Shown piece by piece: positions 39,291 to 48,391 of a stretch of 64,000 bases of DNA (positions are counted from its first letter, which is position 1; each line of letters starts with the position of its first letter). The notes beneath the pieces are model-generated. The model did not search any database and had not been told where the DNA came from. It saw nothing but the letters and a program-made list of their open reading frames with translations. Source of the stretch: Thermoplasmata archaeon (GTDB lineage Archaea; Thermoplasmatota; Thermoplasmata; RBG-16-68-12; JAFNFQ01); contig JBGPQV010000007.1 in assembly GCA_041489255.1 (NCBI GenBank), forward strand, positions 1 to 64,000, read 5' to 3'. A program made the position numbers and the translations under genes.

Positions 39291-40571
39291 ATGAGCCTGC
39301 CTTCCGCTTCTGAGAATCCGCCTGCGTATCAGCCGATATCAGAGCCGCTTCCGCGGTCGAAACGTCCGCGACCGAAATGGATCGCGCCAGCCGTAATTGG
39401 CGTCGCAGCATTGCTCGTGGTCGTTGCCCTGATGGCAGGCTTCCTCATGATGAATGCGGGAGACAGAACGCCCCCTGCCGCGGTTTCCAATCTTGCAGCA
39501 GCACAAAATCCGGCAGGCAATTCTGTAGAATTGTATTGGAGGGCGCCCGGTGATGATGGCGATGCAGGAATGGCGTCGCAATACGATATCAGATACTCAT
39601 CGTCTCTCATAGACAACGACGAGAAGTATGCAGCCGCGACACCTTGCGTCGGCGAGCCGGCTCCAGCTGCCCCGGGCACAGTGCAGGCCCTTGAAGTGAC
39701 GGGCCTGGCACCCGCCGCAACGTATTATTTCGCCCTCAAGACCGCAGACGAGGTGCCGAACTGGTCGCCGCTGTCCAACTCGCCGTATGTCACGCTCGAA
39801 AGCCCAGACACGGTCCCCCCCGCCAAGGTCACGGACCTGAGACCATCGTTCCCGACGAACTCCTCCGTGGAGTTGCGCTGGACAGCGCCAGGAGACGACG
39901 GCACCGTGGGGACTGCGTCGCAATATGACATCAGATTCGCAACCAGCGAGATAGACACAGAAGCGGATTTCGCTGCCGCGACGCCCTGCGTAGGAGAGCC
40001 CGCCCCCGCCGTCGCAGGCACCGTCCAAACATTCAATGTGACAAGCCTGGCGAACGGTGCGATTCACTACTTCGCGCTGAAAACGGCAGACGAGGTTCCC
40101 AACTGGTCGCCGCTGTCCAATTCGACAAGCATACTGCCCAACTTCGCCCTCAATGACACGACTGGTTCGCTTTGGAACCTATATGATCGCATTCTAATTG
40201 GCAAGCCGATTCTCTTGGAATTCATGCATCCCCAATGCTCAGCCTGCATTGATGTCGTCTCGTCGCTCTTGGGGATATACGCCAACTATGGCGCAAGTCT
40301 GGAGCTGGTGAGTGTGGCAGTCACGATGGAGATCACTGGATTCGACAATCCGCCGAACGCCACCATGGTCAATGAATTCAGGACTCAATATGGCGCGGTC
40401 TGGACTCATCTTGTTGAGACATCCGGGACGCAGGTCCGGGACATGTACGGCATTGACGGGGTGCCGACATTCTTCTTGGTGGGAAAGGATGGGCGGCTCG
40501 TATCCAAGCATGTTGGATCAGGATCAACGGGCGTTTTGATTAGCGAGATAGAGGCGGAACTGTCGTCATGA
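39291..40571 (+). CDS. Membrane-anchored protein with two FN3-like repeats and a thioredoxin-like (TlpA) CxxC domain
   Basis: TM helix; duplicated W.APGDDG..G.ASQYDIR...YFALKTADEVPNWSPLSN; LLEFMHPQCSAC, GVPTFFLV. Confidence 0.85.
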   Translation: MSLPSASENPPAYQPISEPLPRSKRPRPKWIAPAVIGVAALLVVVALMAGFLMMNAGDRTPPAAVSNLAAAQNPAGNSVELYWRAPGDDGDAGMASQYDIRYSSSLIDNDEKYAAATPCVGEPAPAAPGTVQALEVTGLAPAATYYFALKTADEVPNWSPLSNSPYVTLESPDTVPPAKVTDLRPSFPTNSSVELRWTAPGDDGTVGTASQYDIRFATSEIDTEADFAAATPCVGEPAPAVAGTVQTFNVTSLANGAIHYFALKTADEVPNWSPLSNSTSILPNFALNDTTGSLWNLYDRILIGKPILLEFMHPQCSACIDVVSSLLGIYANYGASLELVSVAVTMEITGFDNPPNATMVNEFRTQYGAVWTHLVETSGTQVRDMYGIDGVPTFFLVGKDGRLVSKHVGSGSTGVLISEIEAELSS

Positions 40572-40653
40572 AAATGGATTGAAACAGCAAGCACTTGGAG
40601 ACCTGTCGTTCGGAGCTTCGGGTATTGCCAGCCACCATCTCTCCTGACTTCGA

Positions 40654-41127
40654 CTATGACCGGTAGACCGGAACCAAGTCCGTCTTGGCGGGGTATCCGC
40701 TGGCGGTGACTTCCACATTGAGTTCAGAGGTGGAAACTCCAGGCGGCAGGATGACCACCACGCTGTTGAACTTCACGCAACCGTCCTCGTTGCCATCCGC
40801 ATCGGTACCCTTGCCGTCCGTGGCGGTCCTGTCGACGCCGACGCCTGAGAGGTGCACGGTGATCCCCTTGATCCTCGTGTCGCCCTGATCGAACGCGCAG
40901 ACTGTGACGTCAACTGTCTTCTTCGCCTGAACGTTGATGCCGGGGTTCGACGTGGTTATCGGGTTCGGCTCGATCGATATCGTCTTGATGTTCTTCACCG
41001 GCGTCCCGCTCAGGCCAGAGAACCATCCGACCACCACGACTAGGGCGAGACCAGCCACAACTGCCATAATCAGGAGCTGGAGGGGCAGGCCCTCCAGGCC
41101 ATCCCTGTCATCTCGAATATGCTTCAT
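40654..41127 (-). CDS. Pilin/archaellin-like protein (class III signal peptide-like)
   Basis: RDDRDG/LEGLPLQLLIMAVVAGLAL N-terminus followed by Ig-like beta domain. Confidence 0.7.
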   Translation of the reverse strand: MKHIRDDRDGLEGLPLQLLIMAVVAGLALVVVVGWFSGLSGTPVKNIKTISIEPNPITTSNPGINVQAKKTVDVTVCAFDQGDTRIKGITVHLSGVGVDRTATDGKGTDADGNEDGCVKFNSVVVILPPGVSTSELNVEVTASGYPAKTDLVPVYRS

Positions 41128-41571
41128 CTTGAATCCCAGATATGAATGCGTCTGTTTATGAAATGAATCTCTCCCGCGGGCGTATCTTGGCAATCTCGTA
41201 CCTCCTTAATCATCGAGTAAGATTCGCGGCCTCGGTTCTGACTCACAGATAGCGTGGAATATAGCTCAGAAGTCTGCTCTGGGGCGCGCATTGTTTTCTT
41301 GCCCTCACTATTTCTCGAAATCGGTCCTTGATACGGCGACTCGATTCGATTCGGAGCGTCTCGTTGGACTGTCCGCGCGATTCTTGCCCCAAACGTCGCG
41401 TCATTCCGCCGAACGCACGCGATGCTTCTTCCAGTGAAGATTCAGAGTCCATCGAGAATCGCGCGACTGGGACTGACTTGGTCGCCGTCCGGCAAAGCTC
41501 GCAGCCGCATCTCCTCCGCCGGAGGCGACCTTGTTGCCATCCGCATCAATGCCACTCCATACGGAACGCCT

Positions 41572-42012
41572 TTCATCCCAATCGGAATGGATTCCATCCC
41601 AATCTGAATCCTCTTGGGACAACTGTCCCAGACATGGGGGACAATTGCCCCCAGGTTCGTCCCGGTTGCCCCAGGCTCCATCCCGATTGCCCCGAGACCG
41701 CTCCCTGTTGTTCCGACTTCCATCCTAAAGATAGTATATGCAAGAATGTTCATCCGAATGAATGTCCCCATTGTCCCGAGTCCCGGGACAATCGTTCTCA
41801 AACCTATCCCAGTTGTCCCCGGACCGATTTCAGTTGCCCCGGAGTCCGTCCCGGTTGTCCCCGGCTCTGGAGTAATTGCCCCCGAGTCCATCCCAATTGT
41901 CCGAGGCATCGGGGGACTGTTTTCGGGTCATCAGCTGTTGTCCGCGATTCAATTCCAATTGCCCCGAGACCTTTCCCGATTGTCCCCGCAGCCGTCCCAA
42001 TCGTCCCAGATG
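41572..42012. repeat. Degenerate 21-bp tandem repeat array (~20 units)
   Basis: Units such as tccatcccgattgccccgaga, cctatcccagttgtccccgga, tccgtcccggttgtccccggc; heptad periodicity in overlapping ORFs. Confidence 0.85.
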
Positions 42013-42130
42013 GAGGGCAAATGAAGCGGATTCCACGCGATTTCCGCGCTTCCAAGTCGCTCAGATTCCTTGCAGGGCACGTTTCGCGGCAATAGGAAAT
42101 CCTTATGACGGGAATCGAGTTCGTCATCGC

Positions 42131-43063
42131 GTGGAACCCCTCGTCATCGAGAGCCTCTCGAAGGACTACGACGGCTTCAGGGCGCTGGACAGCCTCAATC
42201 TGAAGGTCGAGGCGAAGTCCTGCACTGGTTTCCTGGGGCCGAACGGCGCCGGCAAGACCACCACGATCAAGATCCTCACGAGCATGCTCAGGGCGACCGG
42301 CGGCCGCGCCTTCCTCAACGGTGTCGACGTGACGACCGATCCCAAGGAGGCCCTCGCCAGGGTCGGCGCAGTCGTGGAGACGCCGGAGTTCTACCCCGAG
42401 CTGACGCCGATCGAGACTCTCGACTACTTCGCCAGGCTCAGGGGCATCCCCTCCGACCGCGCGAAGTCGCGGGTGATGCAGGTCATCGACCAGGTGAAAA
42501 TGGGAGAGTGGAAGGACCAGAGGATAGGCAAGTTCTCCAAGGGCATGAAGCAGAGGATTGCGATCGCCCAGGCCCTGCTCCATGAGCCCGACCTCCTTGT
42601 CCTCGACGAGCCGACCGCAGGCCTAGACCCGAGGGGCATGGCCGAGGTAAGGGACATCATCAAGGCATTGCGCCTGCAGGGCTACACCGTCTTCATGAGC
42701 AGCCACCTGCTATTCGAGGTGCAGCAGCTCTGCGACAAGGTCGCCGTCGTCGACAAGGGCAAGCTCCTCATCTACGACACCGTGCAGAACCTCAGCACGA
42801 AGAGGCACGTCCTGAAGCTGGAGGTCGACCTCGTCGGCAAGATCGACACGGAGACCTACACCAAGGTCTGCGCGCTCGACAAGGTCAAAGGCGCGCAGTG
42901 CCCGACGGCCACCAAGATGCTCATAGACTTCGACGGAGACACTGCCGACAGGAGGACGCTGCTCGAATCCCTGCAGAAACTTGGGCTCCAGGTGTACTCA
43001 TTCGCCGACGCGGGCGTGGCGCTGGAAGAATTCTACCTGGACCTGATCAAGGAGTCGAGATAG
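42131..43063 (+). CDS. ABC transporter ATP-binding protein
   Basis: GPNGAGKTT, FSKGMKQR, LVLDEP, SSH. Confidence 0.96.
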   Translation: MEPLVIESLSKDYDGFRALDSLNLKVEAKSCTGFLGPNGAGKTTTIKILTSMLRATGGRAFLNGVDVTTDPKEALARVGAVVETPEFYPELTPIETLDYFARLRGIPSDRAKSRVMQVIDQVKMGEWKDQRIGKFSKGMKQRIAIAQALLHEPDLLVLDEPTAGLDPRGMAEVRDIIKALRLQGYTVFMSSHLLFEVQQLCDKVAVVDKGKLLIYDTVQNLSTKRHVLKLEVDLVGKIDTETYTKVCALDKVKGAQCPTATKMLIDFDGDTADRRTLLESLQKLGLQVYSFADAGVALEEFYLDLIKESR

Positions 43064-43064
43064 C

Positions 43065-43940
43065 ATGGCGGTAACGAACGCGGAAGCAGGGAAGTATGTC
43101 CTCCCCTCCGACTTCGACCAGATAATCACGGTGACCCGCGTCGAGTTCCTGAGGAACCTGCGGAGGAAGCGCCTCCTGATATTCGCGATAATCATCGCCC
43201 TGGTGTCCGCCCTGATACTCGCGGTCCCTCCATTCTTCGGAGGGTACCCGAGCGATCCGATACTGGGCCCTTACAGTTTCGCGCAGAACTTCACGTCCAC
43301 GATCGACTTCTTGATCATCCTGCTCGCGGTCTTCTACGGCGGCGACGCGCTCGTCTCAGAGTTCTCCAACAAGACGGGCTACGCGATATTCCCCAATCCT
43401 ATCCGCCGCTCGTCGCTGTTCATGGGCAAGCTGCTCTCGAGCCTGCTTGCGTGCGTCCTGGTTCTCGGCGCGTACTACGTCATAATCGCGGCATCGATGA
43501 TCGCCGTGTATGGCACGCTCGTGATCGAGCTCCTTTATTCATTCCTTTACGCAGTGCTCTACATGTCCGCTTGCCTCGGCGTCGCCTTCGCCATCAGCGC
43601 CCTCATGAAGTCGACGGTGTCCGCGCTCGTCCTGACCTTCGTGCTCTTCCTCTTCGTCCTGAGCATGCTGTCGGTCGTACTCATGATCGCGAAGGTGAGG
43701 GCAGAGCCCCTGCTGACATTCCAAGCTGGGGTAATCAGCGGCTTTCTGAACGGCCCCTACCCCGGTTTCTTCCCGCCAACGGAACAGAGGTTCAACCCCG
43801 GAGGCGGCAACGCGACCGGGTTCGACTTCGTGCTCTACAACCCGACCGTCACGAACGGGATGATCGTCTGCACCGTCTGGCTGGTCGTGTCGCTATTGCT
43901 TGCATACGCGGTGTTCCGCCGGCGAGAGATGCTCGGTTAA
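43065..43940 (+). CDS. ABC-2 type transporter permease
   Basis: Six TM helices, DALVSEF..KT...F.NPI.R...GK pattern; follows ATPase. Confidence 0.9.
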   Translation: MAVTNAEAGKYVLPSDFDQIITVTRVEFLRNLRRKRLLIFAIIIALVSALILAVPPFFGGYPSDPILGPYSFAQNFTSTIDFLIILLAVFYGGDALVSEFSNKTGYAIFPNPIRRSSLFMGKLLSSLLACVLVLGAYYVIIAASMIAVYGTLVIELLYSFLYAVLYMSACLGVAFAISALMKSTVSALVLTFVLFLFVLSMLSVVLMIAKVRAEPLLTFQAGVISGFLNGPYPGFFPPTEQRFNPGGGNATGFDFVLYNPTVTNGMIVCTVWLVVSLLLAYAVFRRREMLG

Positions 43941-43964
43941 GGGACCTTGGCTGTGGTTACTGGG

Positions 43965-44732
43965 TTACCGAGTGACTCCGTCTCCCCATACCTGCCTGCA
44001 AATTCGTTTGAACCCGAGTCCCTCGCTCATCGCGAGCGATGCCTGGTTGTCCGCGTAGATGTGGCAAAGCGGGGTCCTGCCTGCCGCAAGCACCTGCCTC
44101 GCGACATCGATCGTCACCGATTCCGCATACCCCTTCCCCCTGTGACTAGGCAGCACGACCAGCATGCCCATCGCGCTCACCTTGTCCGTCTCGAAATGCG
44201 TGAGGTTCCACGCCACGAGATCTCCATCTATGAAGACTCCGGCACTGGGTCCGTTCTCTATCCTCGCCTTGACGTACTCTGTGGCGTCCCAGTCGTACGC
44301 CCAGGCTCTAGCGATCTTGGATGCCCAGCTAGGATCTAACCGCTTGGTCTCGCGCTTCTGCCCGCCCCTGAGGTCCCCTGGCGAGAGTGCAAGCAGCCAG
44401 GCGCTTGAGCACCATCCTATCCTCATCCTTCGCCGCACGATCCTCAGGTTGTCTTCGTTCACCAGGTGAAACCAGTACTTCCCCGCCGGGAGGTCATCGA
44501 TGACTTTCCCCGCCGCTTCCTCGTCGCTGGCCTGAATCGCGATCGCTGCCGCGTCAGACTCGTCCGCGGGCTTCTCGATCGCGGCAAGTGCCCGCACATC
44601 GTCTGCGTCGTCGACGAGGTACCTCGTCTCCCGCCGCGGATAGAAAACCCTCTGCGAGATGATGGCATTCCTGACGATATCGGAGTAGACGAATGCCCTG
44701 AGCCTCTCGCGATCCGTGACCCACTCGGTCAT
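43965..44732 (-). CDS. GNAT family N-acetyltransferase
   Basis: VLPSHRGKGYA, NQASLAM.E.LGF. Confidence 0.9.
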   Translation of the reverse strand: MTEWVTDRERLRAFVYSDIVRNAIISQRVFYPRRETRYLVDDADDVRALAAIEKPADESDAAAIAIQASDEEAAGKVIDDLPAGKYWFHLVNEDNLRIVRRRMRIGWCSSAWLLALSPGDLRGGQKRETKRLDPSWASKIARAWAYDWDATEYVKARIENGPSAGVFIDGDLVAWNLTHFETDKVSAMGMLVVLPSHRGKGYAESVTIDVARQVLAAGRTPLCHIYADNQASLAMSEGLGFKRICRQVWGDGVTR

Positions 44733-44778
44733 GCCTCCGACCGGAATGTGGCCCTCCTTGAAAGGCTATCGCTCCACG

Positions 44779-46911
44779 TCAGTACATGCCCGGCTGCGCG
44801 TTCATGTGGACAGGCCTGCCGTATCTATCCAGCCTGACGACGATGATATTCCCTGTCGCGACGTCCATCAGGGCCATCTGCATGCCGTCAGCCACAGGCA
44901 TGACCTCGACCGTCCTAAGCCTAGACGGATCTATCCCGTAGACGCCCCGCAGCCAATCCGCCACGTTCTGCGGTATCTGACCCGGGGGTGCGGACCGCGC
45001 CCTCGTCCTCTTCCTGCCCGCGGCGAACGCCACGATCAAGACGAGGAACACGCCCGCGAATATGATCAATATCGCGAGGAGCGACATGGCCGACAGGCTC
45101 CCGTTGTTCGCCGGACCGGAGCCCGGCGTCCAGAGGAGGAGGGGCACGACCGTCGTCCTGTGCGCCTCTACAGTCACATTGAGGTACGTCTCCTCGTAGC
45201 CGACCCGCGACCCCACGATCATGCGGGTGCCTGCCGGCACGCCCGATATGCTGAAGACGCCCTTGTCGTCCGCGGAGAGCGTTATGCGGCCTCCGGGCAG
45301 GGAGATCGACGCGAACGCAATCCTCTCGTAGCTGTGAGCGTCCATCACAACCCCGGAGATGTTCCCGCCGTCCACCGCCAACGCGAAAAGCTGCGCGCTG
45401 CCGGCCGAGTATGCGTACGACGCGTCCCCTGTGAAGGTCACGCGGAGAAGGTGCTGTCCCCAGACCGAGGTCATCGGGTACGTGAGGTTCGCCCGGCCGC
45501 TCTGGTCGGTGAATGCGGAGCCGACGGCGTCCGAGTCGACGCGGTAACTGAGCGGTTTTCCAGGAACTGCCGTGCCGTTCGGCGCGCGCATCATGGCGGT
45601 GAGCGTCACGCTCGATCCGGCCACCCCTTTCACGACAGGCACATCGATGATCGACGCGTTCAGGCCGCCTGGAAGTGCTGCGCGCACGGCGTCGTACGCG
45701 TTGACGAGCCCGTGACCGTATTCGTTGTCCCAGCCCGGATCTCCCAGGTCCGTTGCGGTCGAGTTCATGATCGCCCTGACCTCTGAGTTCGTGAGTGAAG
45801 GATTGCGCGAGAGGACGAGGGCCGCCACGCCGGCGACCTGGGGCGCGGCCTGCGAGGTCCCCGTGTGCGACTGATAGTACGGCTGGGTCCTCATCGTCGA
45901 TGTGATGTCCTCTCCAGGCGCCACGAGTTCCATCTGGCTGCCGTAGTTGCTGAAGGACGAGCGGACGAGACTTCGACCGACCGATCCGACCGCCACGATG
46001 GTCGGGTATGCGGCTGGATACGAGACACCGCCACCGTCGTTGCCTGACGCGGCCACGAGGAGCACGCCCTTGTTCCAGGCGTACTGCGCGGCGTTCTTGA
46101 GCGTGGCGGAGGCGATGCCGCCGAGGCTGAGCGTGATCACGTCCGCGCCGTTGTCTGCCGCGTACCTGATTCCGAGAGAAATATCAGAGATGTACCCGAG
46201 GCCGCAGTCGTCCAGGACCTTCACCGCCATGAGCCTGACCTGGGCGAGGCCCGCAATGCCCCTGGAGTTGTTGGTCACCGCGCCGACGATGCCGGCCACG
46301 TGCGTCCCATGGTAGATCGGGTCGATCTGACAGATGCCGAATGAATCCTGGAGGCGGTTCTGGTCGTCCATCGGATCGTTGTCGTTGTTCACGAAGTCGT
46401 ACCCGTAATGGCCGCCCGCGTCCGTCCACATGTTTGCGGCGAGGTCCTCGTGGTTGTAGTCCACGCCCGTGTCGACCACCGCCACGACGATGTCCTTGCT
46501 GCCGAGCGTGAGATCCCAGGCGAACGGGGCGTACATCTCCTGGAGCGCCCACTGGTCTCCGTAATACGGATCGTCAGGTGTGAAGGCGATCCGGGCAGCC
46601 CTGAGATCGTCCTCCACGTAGGAAAGGGGAGCCACGCCGGAGAGGAGGGCCTGGACTTCCTCCGCGCTGCCAAGGCCCGCGACCGTGATGAACCGCAATC
46701 CGCCGTCGACGCTGACGACCCTCCCGCCGAACCGTTCCACGGCGGAGAGCAGGCCCGCGAGGTCCGCCCCCGACCCGTAGCCGATCATCACTCGCGCACT
46801 CTGGCCATCGCCGGATGCACGAGCGCTCGAGAGAGCGGCAAGAGGCAGCGAGGTCGCCAGCGCCACCGCGACGGCGAACGGCAACAGTCCCCGAGGGGCC
46901 TTCAGCGACAT
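44779..46911 (-). CDS. Subtilisin-like (S8) serine protease with C-terminal Ig-like domains and TM anchor
   Basis: VAVVDTGVD, HGTHVAG, AASGN, GTSQAAPQVAG catalytic motifs. Confidence 0.95.
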   Translation of the reverse strand: MSLKAPRGLLPFAVAVALATSLPLAALSSARASGDGQSARVMIGYGSGADLAGLLSAVERFGGRVVSVDGGLRFITVAGLGSAEEVQALLSGVAPLSYVEDDLRAARIAFTPDDPYYGDQWALQEMYAPFAWDLTLGSKDIVVAVVDTGVDYNHEDLAANMWTDAGGHYGYDFVNNDNDPMDDQNRLQDSFGICQIDPIYHGTHVAGIVGAVTNNSRGIAGLAQVRLMAVKVLDDCGLGYISDISLGIRYAADNGADVITLSLGGIASATLKNAAQYAWNKGVLLVAASGNDGGGVSYPAAYPTIVAVGSVGRSLVRSSFSNYGSQMELVAPGEDITSTMRTQPYYQSHTGTSQAAPQVAGVAALVLSRNPSLTNSEVRAIMNSTATDLGDPGWDNEYGHGLVNAYDAVRAALPGGLNASIIDVPVVKGVAGSSVTLTAMMRAPNGTAVPGKPLSYRVDSDAVGSAFTDQSGRANLTYPMTSVWGQHLLRVTFTGDASYAYSAGSAQLFALAVDGGNISGVVMDAHSYERIAFASISLPGGRITLSADDKGVFSISGVPAGTRMIVGSRVGYEETYLNVTVEAHRTTVVPLLLWTPGSGPANNGSLSAMSLLAILIIFAGVFLVLIVAFAAGRKRTRARSAPPGQIPQNVADWLRGVYGIDPSRLRTVEVMPVADGMQMALMDVATGNIIVVRLDRYGRPVHMNAQPGMY

Positions 46912-46988
46912 CGTCACGTGTCCCGGAGATTGTCTACGCGCTCGCCGACATATAAGGGTTTTTCGTGGATTATCGAGGGTGCGGTCGC

Positions 46989-48284
46989 TCAGAGCTTCAG
47001 CACGTCCGCGAAGCCCTCCATGTCCATGAAACCGTGCCCGCTGATGTTGAAGGCGATCGTCTTCTTCTCCTTCGTCTCCTTGCACTTGATCGCCTCGTCC
47101 ATCGCGCAGCAGATGCTGTAAGCGGACTCAGGGGCCGGCAGGAAGCCCTCAGTCTGGATGAACGTCCTCGCCCTGTCGAAGACGTACTTCTCGTTTGCGG
47201 GGTAGGCGATCGTGTCGATGTAGCCCTCGTTCCTTAGCAGGCTGAGCAGGGGAGCGGCTGCGTGGTACCTCAACCCGTCCCCCCTGATCGGCTTCATGCT
47301 CTTCTGGTGCCCGAGCGTGTACATCATCAGCTGGGGTGTCATCTCCGCGTGGTCCGCGAAGTCATACTTGTACTCGCCCTGCAGGTTCGGGGCGACTTGG
47401 CTCTGCGCCGCGATGAACTTGATGTCCTTGCCCTTCACAGCCTCGCCGAGGAAAGGCAGCGTGAAACCGCCGAAGTTGCTCCCGCCGCCGACGCACGAAG
47501 TCATGATGTCGGGGTAGTCGCCGAAGTGCTCGAACTGCTTCTGCGTCTCGAGGCCGATGATGGTCTGGTGCAGCAGGACGTGGTTCAGGACCGAGCCGAG
47601 GCAGTATATCGCCTTGTCGTCGCTCTCCGCGTCCTGCAGACCTTCCGAGACCGCGATGCCCAGGGAGCCCGGGTGGTGCTTGTCCTTCTTGAGGAGGGCG
47701 CGTCCCGCTTTCGTCTTGTTGCTCGGGGAGGCGAAGACCTCCGCGCCGTACAGCTTCATGAAGAGGCGGCGCTGCGTCTTCCAGTCGTGGACGGCGCGCA
47801 CCCAGTAGATCGTCGTCTTGAGGCCCGCGAGGCTGGCGGCGTACGCTAGGGCTGTGCCCCACTGGCCCGCGCCGGTCTCCGTGGTGAGGCGCTCGTAGCC
47901 CTCCTGCTTTGCGTACCATGCCTGCGCCAGGGCGGTATTGACCTTGTGGCTGCCCGTCGGGCTGTAGAACTCCGCCTTGTAGTAGAGCCTGGCGGGAGTG
48001 TTGAGTTTCTTCTCTAATCTCCTTGCGCGGAACAGCGGCCTCGGTCTGCCCGCCTGGGCGTAGAGCTGGAGAATCTCTTCGGGAATCGGTATCCACCTCT
48101 CCGTCGAGAACTCCTGCTTCAGGCACTCTGCGAGGAGGACATTCGGAAGCCTCTTGATCCTCGGCTCGCCTTTCTCGTCGTCGCGCGGGGGCGGGAGAGG
48201 CTTCGGCAGGTCGGGCTGGATGTTGTACCACTTCGTCGGCAGCTCTTCTTCCTTCAGAATGACGACCGATTTGTTCGACTGCAT
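46989..48284 (-). CDS. TrpB-like PLP enzyme (TrpB2)
   Basis: WYNI..DL, RARRLE, GSHKVNTA, TTETGAGQWG, GSVLNHV, CVGGGSNF, PAPES, SGHG. Confidence 0.93.
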   Translation of the reverse strand: MQSNKSVVILKEEELPTKWYNIQPDLPKPLPPPRDDEKGEPRIKRLPNVLLAECLKQEFSTERWIPIPEEILQLYAQAGRPRPLFRARRLEKKLNTPARLYYKAEFYSPTGSHKVNTALAQAWYAKQEGYERLTTETGAGQWGTALAYAASLAGLKTTIYWVRAVHDWKTQRRLFMKLYGAEVFASPSNKTKAGRALLKKDKHHPGSLGIAVSEGLQDAESDDKAIYCLGSVLNHVLLHQTIIGLETQKQFEHFGDYPDIMTSCVGGGSNFGGFTLPFLGEAVKGKDIKFIAAQSQVAPNLQGEYKYDFADHAEMTPQLMMYTLGHQKSMKPIRGDGLRYHAAAPLLSLLRNEGYIDTIAYPANEKYVFDRARTFIQTEGFLPAPESAYSICCAMDEAIKCKETKEKKTIAFNISGHGFMDMEGFADVLKL

Positions 48285-48391
48285 GGTTTTCCCTCTGGAC
48301 CGGCTTGGCGGGGAATCGGGTGGGCGTTATTATTGTTTTGCAACGGGACGCCTTTCCTCCTGAAGGGCTCGATTCTTGCCGCGAATCAGTC

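Noticed and set aside
41328-42095. Overlapping ORFs (255, 155, 136 aa) as real Cys/Pro-rich proteins
   Set aside because: They arise from the stop-poor 21-bp array; several frames are open and none shows clear gene signals
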